Below are positions 34,598 through 46,389 of a stretch of DNA of 64,000 nt, piece after piece. Below the pieces are notes generated by a model that had not been told where the DNA came from, did no database searches, and saw only the letters and a list, made by a program, of their open reading frames with translations. The stretch is taken from contig JAVKOQ020000019.1 in the NCBI GenBank assembly GCA_031835245.2, positions 124,001 to 188,000 on the forward strand. Reading direction: 5' to 3'. Position numbers and translations under genes: made by a program. How positions within the stretch are numbered: position 1 is the first letter of the stretch; the number at the start of each line of letters is the position of its first letter. The stretch comes from Balamuthia mandrillaris (Eukaryota).

Positions 34598-37173
34598 TCA
34601 GCAAGGAATCCTGAGGTTGTTGAGAGCTTGGCTGGCGCAGCTGTTGATCATAGGATCTCCGGAGGAGGCGTAGGTCTGCACCAACCCAATCGCTCCATTG
34701 TCCACAAACAATCTCCTCATTTGAGCTATTTTTTCACGGTTGGTTATCAGCTTCCATGCACTTTACAAAAAAAAAAAGAGTCAGGAAACGCTACCATCAG
34801 CAGTCAGGTTGACAACGACACGCAAGGCGTGGGGCAAGAGCTCATGACGGCCTTGACGCAGCACTCCCAACACTTTGTCCACTCCGCCACAATTGTGAAT
34901 TGCGCTCTTGCAGTTGCCTTTACACCAAAAATGTTAGAAGAGAGGAAGAGAAAGAGAGGGAGACGGAGACGGAGAGGGAACAGAACGAGAGGAACGTACT
35001 GTTGATGGCAAGATTTTGGATGACTTGCAAAGCCATCCTTTGGCAATCAACGTTCATGTTGGCCAGTTGTTGCACGATGGGATTGATGCCTCCCGCCTCA
35101 TATACTGCCCTTTGCAGTGCATCTTTTGTGTTTTTGTTTTGGTTGTCCCAAAAAATAAGAGGATAGAAAGAGAGGACACCGAAGAGAGAAAGAATGAAAC
35201 AAACCGTTGCCAGACAGATTGACCAAGGCAGTAAGGGCCTTGAGTTCAGCCTGAGGATTGCCTGCGCCCAGCAGTTTAACAAAGCCAGGGATAGCTCCCG
35301 CCTCGTACATTGCCAATTGTACTTCGGCTATAAAGCAAACATGTCAAAATGGCGGAAACAAAGAAGGCAAAAAAAAAGAGGGGAGAGAACGTACGTCCAC
35401 CCATGGTGAGGGCAGCCAAGGCCCATGCGGCATTGGTTTGCTTCTCCGGATGGGCAGAAGTAAGGAATGGAACGATGCAAAAGATACCACCAGCGGCTAC
35501 CAGCTCTCTTTGACTGTCCGCTATTGATAGAAGAGAGTTACTTCAAGAACAGCAAATAGAAAAACAAACACAAATAGCTCCAAAAGAACAGACGAATAAA
35601 ACAAACCATCAAAGGAAGCATTGACAACGGCGGTAAGAGCCCTCTTCACAACATCATCATTGTGAGAAGACAACAACATGATGACCTTATCAGTGACACC
35701 AGCTTGACGAAACTCGGCACGATTCAGCGCTGCATATTTGCTCTATCATCAGAGTAACAAACAAAAAGAAAAAGAAAAAGAAAAAGAGAAAAACAAACCA
35801 TCATCTACACAAAGGTTGGAAATGGCAGAAAGGGCTTTTTCTTGAGTGCTTTCGTTGCTGCTGGAAAGCAAATTGACCAAGTCGGGAATGCCCCTTCTGG
35901 TCGCTCTAACCGCTGCTCTGTTTTCGGCTGCGAGTAACGCTAAAATTAGTATTTCAAACATAAAGCGAAAGGACGAAAGAAAAACTCACGCAAGAGGGCG
36001 AGATTGGCGAGGGCATGACAGGCCAATGTTTCAATGGTTGGGTGGCCACAGGACAATAACTTGACAATGGGAGTAATACCATCCCTCTGACGTATTTGCG
36101 CTCTGTTTCGCTCTGAACAGGTTTGAAAGTAAGTAAATGAATAGAAATGAGAACTAGAAAAGAAAAAGAGAAATCGAGAAAAGAGAACAAAAGAAAAGGA
36201 ACGGGGAGCGAAACAAAAAGATAAAGATAAAGAAAATACCATCAAGAGCAGCGTTGATGATGTTCCTCAAAGCGCGCTCCTGTTCGACGGGGACGGTGGA
36301 GGAAAGGCCAGTTATGTCCCTGGCCAAAGGCGAGCCATCATCATTCAAAGAGCCAGAGAGGTTGGCCAGAATGGCGTCCATGGCGCCGCTGTCATCCTGC
36401 TGGTACGAAATGGAGGAGCGTTGTTGCTGCTGTTGGTACGCCTGTTGTTGTTGCAGCGGCGGTCTTTGTTGCTGTTGTTGTGGTTGATAAGAAGAAGTGG
36501 AGGAGGAGGTGGAGTAAGAAGAAGAGGAAGTGGTAACAGTAGGGCGAGAGTAGGTATTGTTGTTATTGTTGGAGGAGTAAAGGTTGGAAGAGGAGGAGGT
36601 GCGAGCCGAGCTGTACTCGGTCCTGCCGGAGGAGGCGTAGGCCGGTTTGGGCGGCTCCTCCTCATCGAGGCTCAAGCTCTTCAGCGTGGCGTCCAACAAA
36701 GAGTCCACCGAGGCAAAGGCGTCGTCATTGTTGCTGTTAGCGGCGGTGGAAGAAGTCACCGAAGTGGAATAAGAGGGAGCGGAGGAAGGAGGAGGGGCCG
36801 AAGAATAAGAAGAAGGTCGACGGGAGTCCACTTTTTGTTCTTGGCGCTCCAACTCGTGGAGAAGGTCCTCCAAGTCATCCCCGCTGCCGCCAGCAGCAGC
36901 AGCAGGAGTGGCAGAGTGGGGAGAAGAAGAGGAAAACGACGAAGAAGAAGAGGAAGAATAGGAGGGAGCAACAGAAGTTCTGCCTTGAACGACGTTGTCC
37001 AGATTTGCTATCAAATCTTCCAGCTCGGAGGTGGAGAGGTTGGAGGCGTCGGCCTCGGCGGCGCCGGCCAGCGTGGCGTCATCCTCGGGCTCCGGCTCCA
37101 GCGCGCGCAGCAGGTCCTCCAAGCTCTCCGTGGAGGAATCTCTCCCCGCTCTTCGTCCTCTTCCGTAAGACAT
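34598..37173 (-). CDS. Armadillo-repeat protein with N-terminal LD-like acidic leucine motifs
   Basis: ARM repeats (GITPIVKLL..ACHALANLA; GIPDLVNLL..QEKALSAISNLC; GAIPGFVKLL..ALTALVNLS; GGINPIVQQL), roughly one per exon. N-terminal LEDLLRAL, LEDLIANL, LEDLLHEL, VDSLLDATL, MDAILANL. Confidence 0.85.
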
Positions 37174-37666
37174 GATGATGGAGTGTGTGTGTTGCTTGGG
37201 ATGCGTCAAGGAAATCGATTGATTGTTTTTTTTTGTCGTTCTTTTCTTTTTTCTTTTCTTTTTTTATCGACTTTTATTTATTTTTTTCAGTTCATTTTTT
37301 TTACTTTATTTAGACTTTAGATTTAATTTAACCATTACAGATTTTAACGGTTCATACTCGAGGGACTGGATGAACGTCCAGCGATCTTATAGGGAATCTT
37401 CGTGGAGAAAGCTTGGACAGATCTGTGGGGGATAGGTGGAGATTACCCGGCAACGAAACACATCGGTTCGACTCCCATGTCAGTTCACTCTATTTTACTG
37501 GCTGAAAAAGAAATGGCAATGGAAAAAAGGGTAGCAAAATAGTCCCTGCGCTTCCCTGCTTATTTTAAGCGGGAATAGTGGGTGTCGACAAGGACTACTG
37601 CCAAACCTAACCATTGCGCGTTGGTCTCATAATAAAAAAAAAACGATAACGAAAAAAGAATTATTT

Positions 37667-40600
37667 TTATGTTTTGGGAAAGAGATAGTTCATGCACATC
37701 GGGATGGAGTGGCACTTGTTGAGCAGCTTCGAGAGGTACTCGCTGGAGCAGACCTCCCCGCCATCGTGGTGAATGGCGGCCACGATGCGTCCGCCCAGCC
37801 TCACGTGCACCTCCACGCAAAGCAAACTTTGGGAGACGGGGTGAAGCAAAGTTAAGTTGAGAGAAGTTGGGGCGTTTGTCGTTATCTCTATCATCGGACT
37901 CGTGGGGTTAACGGCTCCGATGGGGGCGGTCGTATCATCCTCTTCCTCTTCCTCTTCCTCTGGTCGTTCGGTTGTTTGTACATGGATATTGTGGTGAGTT
38001 GTTTTTGCTCGTTTGTGGTGGATTGCTTGGTTGTTGCAAGAAGCAGATGAAGAGGGAAACGAAGTGTTACAACAACTTTGAAAGAGTTCGTTGAAGACCA
38101 GTTGTTGCCTAAGTAACTAATAGTTTTGTGCAATTGAATGAGTATTCATCGTAATGAAAGATAGAATAAAAGAGAAAATAAAAAAAAAACAACACATACG
38201 TTTAGAACAGGTAAAATACTGGAAAGGCGATAGAAAGGAATGTGCTCTAAGATGAGGCCAGTTGTTCGACTGACATTAAATGTATACCGCATCAGTGTTC
38301 CTTCTCTGTCTCTATGCTGCTCATGAAAGCAAACGAGTTAATTGAAGACAGCAAAGGGTAAGAAAGGATGAGGCATATAGTAACCAGAAAAGAAGGAGCA
38401 GTCTCTTCTTCTTCTTCGGGTGCATTGGAACCAGTTGGAAGTACCTGTTAGAGAGAGAGAGAGAGAGAGAGGAAGAGGGAGAGGGAGAGGGAGAGAATGA
38501 GAGAGAATGAGAGAAAAGAACAGAAGAGGATGAGAGAGAGAATGAGAGAAGAGAAGAGAACGATGAAGAGTACGATGAAGCGAAGAGAACGACGAAGAGA
38601 AGAGAAGAGAACGACAAAGACAAGAGAAGAGAACGATGAAGAGAAGAGAACGAGAATACAAAGAAACAAAAAAGTAAACCAACGTTTTGGCATAGAAGAT
38701 TTTCAAGACAAGCAAAACGGCCTTTCGTGATGGTTTTGCTTTGTTCTTCTTGAGGTGTTGGCCTCAGTGTTCCTATATAAAAAATTTAACATCAACAAAA
38801 CAAAGGAGAACAATTTAGAGCTAAAAGAAAACAACACTGTGGAATTAGAAAACTGACCAGTACTCGCAATGTCCAATATCCGCCGAAGAACAGACAAAGC
38901 AATAGGAACCGGTGGATGAAACGACATTTCGAAGTTGACCAACTCTACTGTAGTGAAGCATTCTCTGCTATCCTGATAACGCTTCTCGGGGGCAACGATG
39001 ATGTGCTTTCCGCTTCCTTCCTCTTCCTCTGCCAACTGTGATACAAGAGGGAGAACTACGGGTGTTGCTCCTCGAATCAAACTGATAACAGCTTTGTGTG
39101 TATCTAAAAGATGAACGCCTATAAAATAAAGGAACAAAAATTTAAGCAGCAAATTAGAAGAAAAGGAGAAATGAGAAAGCAGAAGGCACGGGTAAAGGAA
39201 CCTGTTCTCTTTTCCTTTAGGAGGACGAGAGGAGAGGCATAGTAATGAAGACTAAGGCCCTTGCACTGATGTAAGGGAATACCATGGCCGTGTAATAGAA
39301 CTTGTTCACGATCATTTAAGCGTGACCTACAAATAAGATTGGTTAGGAGAAGAAAAATGAGAAGAAGAAAAGAAGATGGAGAAGAAGATAAAATATAGGT
39401 ACATTTCTTCAGAGTGAAGTTTTAATAGATCAGCTTCCAGAGCGCGGAGAGCCACTCGGAGAGGCACGTTGGGGTAGCTCTGGAGCAGAGCATCCAAACG
39501 TTTGAGATTGCGTATCTGGTCTTCAAAGCTTTCCAACTTGCCTTGTCTTAAGGTTGAGAGAGAGTTTGTTAGGGATAGAGAAAACAAACGAGTGAAAATA
39601 ATGTACTGTAATAAAGTCGTGAGCTCTTCATTGACTTCTTCTTGTTGGATGGTCTCTCCTTCGGTCTCTTGCCCTTCATCAGCAGATGTATACGTCAAAC
39701 TTGCTTTCATCACTGTCCCTGTTCGGGCAACTAATATCTAGTTTGAAGCAACATCCACGTTTAGTATGAAATGCAACAAAATACAGCAGAACAGGCAGAA
39801 GAACAATGAATAGCAGAACATACGTCCAGCACAAAAGTTTTAGAGGATATTGTAACAGTAACGCAATTGCTCTCTTCGGAAAGATCTCCTCCCATGTCTA
39901 TCAAGTCCATGTCTTCTTCTTCATCTATTTCGTTCAGTCAAACAATAATCCAAAAAACAGCATAAAGAAGAGAGATAAAAAGCAAAGAAAAGTTAAAAGA
40001 GATGGTTGTCGGTACAAGAATAGAACTCTAGATGAAGCTTCTCAGTAATATTTCTCAACGATTGTACTAAATGCTGTTGTTTCATAGCAGCTCCTCCTCC
40101 TTCTTTGTTGGCGTGGATGTTTGTGCTAGAAGACGAAGCAGAAGAGGATGAAGACGGAGTAGTAGAGTCACGAAGGGAAAGGTAATAGCCGCCTATAGTG
40201 CGACAATCTAACAAGGAGTCCTTCACCCAGTCCACCTGAGCATTGAGATTTGCTCTGTCCTGTTGTTTGTTGATGAAGAAATTAGAAGAAGAAGAAGAAG
40301 AAGAAGAAGAAGAAGAAGAAGAAGAAGAAGAAGAAGAAGAACAAGAAGAAGAAGAAGAAGAAGAAGAAGAAGAAGAAGAAGAAGAAGAAGAAGAAGAACA
40401 AGAAGAAGAAGAAGAAGAAGAAGAAGAAGAAGAAGAAGAAGAAGGAGAAGGAGAAGAAGAAGAAGAAGAAGAAGAAGAACAAGAAGAAGAAGAAGAACAA
40501 GAAGAAGAAGAAGAAGAACAAGAAGAAGAAGAACAAGAAGAAGAAGAACAAGAAGAAGAACAAGAAGAAGAAGAAGAAGAACAAGAACAAGAAGAAGCAG

Positions 40601-41349
40601 AAGCAGAAGCAGAAGAAGAAGAACAAGAACAAGAACAAGAAGAACAAGAAGAAGAACAAGAAGAAGAACAAGAACAAGAAGAAGAAGAAAAACATAAACA
40701 AGAATGAGAACGGCAAGATTCAATGCAGAAACGAGCAAGTACTTTAAGAAGGTTTAGATAGCGAGAAAGCGCGATCTTGTCCTGCGTGGTGCACAGAGTT
40801 TTGTAGTAGCCGAGCACCGAGGAGATGTGTTGTATGTGTTCCTCGAACGTTTGTCTCTCCTTCGCGATCCTCACACTGCCATATGGATGTACTTCACAAA
40901 AAAAGTAAGAGAGGAAGAGAGAGAAGAGAGAGAAGAGAGAGAGAGAGAGAGAAGAGAAGAGAAGAGAAGAGAAGAGAAGAGAAGAGAAGAGAAGAGAAGA
41001 GAAGAGAAGAGAAGAGAAGAGAAGAGAAGAGAAGAGAAGAGAAGAGAAGAGAAGAGAAGAGAAGAGAAGAGAAGAGAAGAGAAGAGAAGAGAAGAGAAGA
41101 GAAGAGAACGATGAAGAGAAGAGAACGATAAAGAGAACGATGAAGAGAAGTGAAGAGAAGAGAGAGAGAGAGAGGAGAGAGAGAGTGTGTGAAACAGAGG
41201 GAGCGGTTACGCTTGCCAGAGGCTTCTCCTCCATTGGTGAGCTCCAACTTTTCGCAGAGGCTGTTTATCTGTGCGCGTATGGCGTTGATGTCGTCCTGAA
41301 TGAGCCTGGGCTTGGCGCCAGAGGCAGCCCCGCCGTCGGTCGTTTGCAT
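37667..41349 (-). CDS. MED1: Mediator complex subunit 1 (MED1 conserved N-terminal domain), multi-exon
   Basis: FEDQIRNLKRLDALL; LRALEADLLKL; LLHGHGIP...GLSLHYYASP; HIPFYRL..LLRQQLVFNELFQSC; SEYLSKLLNKCHSIPMCM all recall MED1 motifs. Confidence 0.72.
40284..41106. repeat. Two intronic microsatellites in MED1: (GAA/CAA)n 40284-40690 and (GAGAA)n 40949-41106
   Basis: Directly visible; separated by a coding exon. Confidence 0.95.
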
Positions 41350-42279
41350 TTCTTCTTCTTTCGATCTCGCTGCGCTTCCTTTCTTTCGATCTCCCTGGGT
41401 TTGAATGATTATTGGATGGACTCTGATTGAACTCGTTACGTCATATTTTACCAAATCAGGTATATACTTCGTCAGCATTTTAAATTCTGTTTTTTTAAGG
41501 TGACCAACGCGCAATGGTTTCGGTTTGGCAGTAGTCCTCCTCAACACAGTTATTTCCCCGCTAAAAGTAGCAGAGAAGCGCAAGGACTTGAATTGCTACC
41601 CTTTTTCCCTTGTCAATTCTTTTTTCCGTCAAATAGGCTTTACCATCTATGAAATTTTTTTTTGAGCTTTGTTTGATTTATTTTTGAGCTTTGAAGTAGT
41701 GGCGGACTAGCGGGGTGCCTGTGGCGCCCGTGAGTGAGAGAAAGCAAGGTACTGTGTGTGTGTGTGTGTGTGCGTTGGTGTGTGTGTCCTCTCTCTTTCT
41801 CTTTGACTCTTTTGATTGGAAGTGAAACACACAAAAAAAAAACAATGCATCTTGGATCAGGCGGTTTCTGTACGTTTACAATCAAGTGACAAAGCCGCCC
41901 TTACAATTTTTTTGTCGATGCGAAAGTGAAGCAAATCACACACTCCTTGAATATGATAGCAGCTTTGTTTCAGTCATTTCACATGCGCAAAGCTGAGAAC
42001 AAATGGGAGACAAAATCTTTTATTTTATTTTATTTATTTTTCACTCTTGGTGTGTTTTTTTTGTGCTCCTTTTTTTTTTCTCACCCCTTTTTTTTTCCCC
42101 TCACCATCATCGCGCTGCAGATTTTTCGGTGCACCCTTATTTTGCCGCAATCAATCAAACTCAACACTCACACAAAAGTTGATCGAATAGAATACATGTC
42201 TACTTTTTCACCCCATTTTTTTTTCTCCTTTAGCTCTACATTTTACATTATATTCTCTTCCCTTTTTCTCCCCCTCGCA

Positions 42280-42774
42280 TCAATCGTCCCACATCCAAGA
42301 GCCGCTTGTGGCGGTGTCCTCGTTCTTCTTCTTCTGGGCCCTCCTGCTCTCCGCCCCCTTTGCCCGCCGCAGCCGGGCCAACGCCTCCCGCTGCGCCTCC
42401 CACCGCACGCGAAACTTTTCCTTCCAGTTCTGCCCGTCGTCCACAATGTGCGGCGCGGCGGCGGCGAGCCTGCGGTGGCGCTCCGCCAGTTGGGAGCGGG
42501 AGCGGTGGGTGGCGGTGGGGGCCTGCCCCGCCCCATGGTAGCTTATCCAGCTGTGCTCCTGCAGGCTGCCGAACTGGCGGACGAAGCGCTGCTTCCAGAG
42601 GAGGGAGTCCTCGGCGAAGAGCTTGAGGTCGTGGTTGAGGCGGCACATGACGGCCAGCTCGGCGGGTCCCATGAAGGAAAGCACGCAGAGCACCAGCTCG
42701 GCGGAGAGCTCCTGCCACAAACAAAACCCCTCCTCCTCTCCGCCTTGGGGAGGGGCCGGGGTGCTTGCCTCCAT
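42280..42774 (-). CDS. Small F-box protein, intronless
   Basis: WQELSAELVLCVLSFMGPAELAVMCRLNHDLKLFAEDSLLWKQRF; GC-rich codons; ATG at 42774. Confidence 0.8.
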   Translation of the reverse strand: MEASTPAPPQGGEEEGFCLWQELSAELVLCVLSFMGPAELAVMCRLNHDLKLFAEDSLLWKQRFVRQFGSLQEHSWISYHGAGQAPTATHRSRSQLAERHRRLAAAAPHIVDDGQNWKEKFRVRWEAQREALARLRRAKGAESRRAQKKKNEDTATSGSWMWDD

Positions 42775-43153
42775 CCTCTCCTCCCTCTCCCTCCTCGGCC
42801 TTCGACGACTCTTCAGCTGTTTTTCTGCTTTTTTGCTTTGTCGACATTTAATTTTTGATTGAATTTCACCGAAAAATAGATTTGTATCCGTAGGGAGTCG
42901 AACCGATATAATAAGACCTGTACTAGTACAGGTCGACACGGAGTTGATCGGTCGTCGACAGTAATTCATTATATGATGAATTGCGTTACGCACCAGGAAA
43001 AAAAAAGGGCAAAGGCGCGAAGAATACGAAGAAGAAGCAAAAAGAATAAATAAATAGAAGTTGGCGGAAGGGTCGAAAGTACAGATCATACTCTGCGTGC
43101 GCTCTCTCTCTCTTTCTCGAGGAAGAAGAGAAATCAAAACATTTGCTTCCGTA

Positions 43154-46100
43154 ATGGACTGCAACGGCAATAACGGAGGAGATCAGGCTCATAGCGATGA
43201 GGAACAACCGACGGAAGGAGAAGAAGAAAAAGAAGAAAAGAAGAAGAAAAATATAGAAATTAACACAACCACCGCCACCACCACGAAACGGGTTTTGCTG
43301 GAACCGAACAAACGAGAGAGCACCTTCCAAGGCATAGGATCCGCCAGAAACAGCTACCGACAGCTCAACCAAGTCAACCATCACATAACTCACAAAGAAA
43401 GCGAAGAAGGAGGAGAAGGAAATGAGGAAGAGTCGAGAAAGACAAGGAAAAAGAAAAAGAAAAAACCAAAGAGCACCTCCTTCAAATCCACTTTCATCCA
43501 AGTAACCTCTGCCTCGCCGCAACCCATCCCAAAGAAGCAGCAGCAGCCGTCACAACAGTCCCATCGATGGCAGAGTTTCACCACCACAAACCTCCTTCCG
43601 AAAGCGGTGACGACGACGGCTCAGTCGGACGGCGAGGTGCTGAGCATTCGCCATTCCGCCTCGCCGATTCATCGAAAGAAGCGAAAGAAGAAGGAGAAGG
43701 AGAAGAACAACGCGGAAGACAAAGGAGAAGAAGAAGAGGAGGAGGCAGGAGGAAGAAGAAAAGAGGAATGGGTGCGACCGGTTTGGCATAAAAGCACAAC
43801 CGCCACGGTGACCACGCCACAACAACAAATACAAAGGATCGGCGTTGTGAGAGAAAATGGAATGCTCGAAAAGAAACAACAGCAGCAGCAAAAAGAAAGA
43901 GAAGAGAAAGAAGGGAAGGAAGAGCAAGAGGAGGAGGACATGAAAGAGACGAAAGAAGTGAAAAAGGAGGAAGATGAGAAACAGAACATGGCGGAAGAAG
44001 AAAGAGTGACGAGGCATGAAGAACCAAAGAGAGAAGATGAGAATGGTAACGAAGAAGCGAGAGACAAAGGAGGCAGCGGAGAGGCGAGCGAAAAAGAAGG
44101 AACGAAGAAGAGGTGGAGCAAAGAGAGAGCTGCTACCGTCGGAGCGAACAACGAAAACGAACTTCACCTCCGCATCGAGGAGGCACATCCACGCAAGGCT
44201 GTGTCCGACATTCTTCCTTTCTCTCCTCGAACACCTCCTCATCATGACAACGAAGAAGGAAGAGAACAAGAAGGCAGAGAAGCAGAGGGAGAGGAAGAGG
44301 AAGAAGAAAACGCAGACCTGAAAGAGATAACCGTTTTGTTGCGGCGAAGAAGCGCGGAAGAGAGACGAAGGAGGATTGAGGAGGAGGTCAGAAAGATCAA
44401 GATGGAGTTGAAGCAGAGGGAAAGGGAGAGAAGGGAGAGAAAACAGTTCGAGCGGGAGATGGAGAAGCGGTCGTCGCTCGCGAGGGTCGATGTGCGAATG
44501 ATGGTCGGCCAGCACGTCGAAATGATCGCTCGAAGCAGCGAAAGAATAGACATTTCCGTTCGACGAAAGAAGAAAGAAGAAGCAAAACTAAACGAAGCAG
44601 AAGAAGAAGTAAAAGTAGGAGAAGAAGAAGAAGATATGAGCAAAGAAGAAACAAAACAAGAAGAAGCTGCAGAAGAAACAACAGAAACAGAAACTAAAGA
44701 GCACAACAAAGAAGGAGAAAGAGAAGAAAAGGATGACGATGACGAGGAAGAAGAAGGAGAAGAACAGGAGGATGAAAGAAGACAAAGAGCGAAAACGATG
44801 GTTGCCAAGAAAGTAAGAGGAACGGGCTCGCCGTTGGAAGCCAAGCTGTGGAGAAGAAGCACTGCCCGAGAGCGAAAGTTGGAGCGGATCGACTCGTTTG
44901 CTCACATTCTTCACTTCCTCAGCGCTGACCGTCTTCCAATTCTATGCGGAGATAATGAAAGCGAAAGCGAAAGAGAACGAGCAGCAGAACAGGCGGAGGC
45001 AAAAGCAAGAGAAGAAGCATATGCCTCTTCGGCCAGCTTCCCGACACAACAACAACAGCAGCAGCAGAAGCAACAGCAAAAGCACAAGAAGAAAAAAGCC
45101 AAGGCAAGAAGAGAGAAAGAGGAGTTGAAGGACGCAGACCACGATATAGCCGCAAGAAGCGAAGAGGTTGAAAAGGAAACGCCAGTGGTCTGTATCACGA
45201 AAGCTGAAGAGGCAGAACAACAACAAGAGAAGAAAGCAGGAGCGGAGGAAGAGGAGGAAGAAAGCGAAACCTACTCCTATTCCGACAGCAGCAACAGCAA
45301 CAGTACCAGTAGCTCACGCATAAACGACAACACCGGTCGCTTTTCTTCTTTTTCTTATTCTTCCAACAACAGCTCCTCTATAGAGGAGGAAGAAAAAGAG
45401 GATGACGACGAGCTAATGGTCCACGAAGGCGTCGAACGGCTCTTCGAAGGCTTCACCCTCTCCTCCGCCGAACTTCAGCGCATCCAAAGAAAGCTGCACA
45501 CCAAAGAAGGCAGAAGGCTGTTCACCTCTTCGCTGCAAGTGCAGCGCACCAAAGCGAGAAAAGAGCTGCGCAGCGAATGCTTCTACCAGATGGAGGCGCT
45601 GATGGAGGCCGCTCTGGTGGCCGCCGAGCAAGCCGCTGACTACAGGACCGCCAAGCATGTCATGCACCTCTCCACCACTTTCTATCGAACGGGTACCCGT
45701 TTCTTGTTCTTCTTGCTCTTCTTCTTGCCTCCTCTTATGTTGTTGTTGAAAAAAAAAAAACAGTTGGTACAGGCTGGTCCTCGGACGAGATGCAGGAGTA
45801 CCTGCAGAGCGCCTTGTGTTTGTCGCGGCGGGTGACCATTTGCAGGGAGTTGATCTTTTGGCAGGAGATATACTATGGTTTCTATCTTTGTTTTCTTCTT
45901 CGTTTGTCTCCTTCTCCTCCTTGTTCTTGTTCTTCTTCTTCTTCTTGTTATTGTTGTTCTTCTTCTTCTTCTTGTTCTTGTTCTTGTTCTTGTTCTTGTT
46001 CTTGTTCTTGTTCTTGTTCTTGTTCTTGTTCTTGTTCTTGTTCTTGTTCTTGTTCTTGTTCTTGTTCTTGTCTTGTTCTTGTTCTTGTTCTTGTTCTGTT

Positions 46101-46355
46101 CTTCTTCTTCTTCTTCTTCTTCTTCTTCTTCTTCTTCTTCTTCTTCTTCTTCTTCTTCTTCTTCTTCTTCTTCTTCTTCTGCATTCGTCTTCGTTCTAAT
46201 ACTATGTTTATTGCAGACTCTATTCAAGAAGAACGACTTCAACTTTTGGAAACAATGAACCATAAGGCATGGCAAGAACAGACTCAAGCCGAACGAGAAG
46301 ACCTGATAGCATGGGAACGAAACTTTCTCTTTGGCCAATTGGGAAGTTATTGTAT

Positions 46356-46389
<34 letters not shown>

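Noticed and set aside
36421..37320. 299-aa Gly/Arg-rich plus-strand ORF (similarly 41926..42858)
   Set aside because: Antisense shadows of GC-rich exons of the ARM and F-box genes.
37363..37487. tRNA-Sec or intron-containing tRNA
   Set aside because: No TCA anticodon loop, no clear D-arm and a mismatched T-stem; kept only as a generic ncRNA/B-box candidate.
41630..41740. Sm-site-like ATTTTTG followed by a GC hairpin (possible snRNA)
   Set aside because: No U1/U2/U4/U5 signature upstream, and T-runs are ubiquitous in these spacers.
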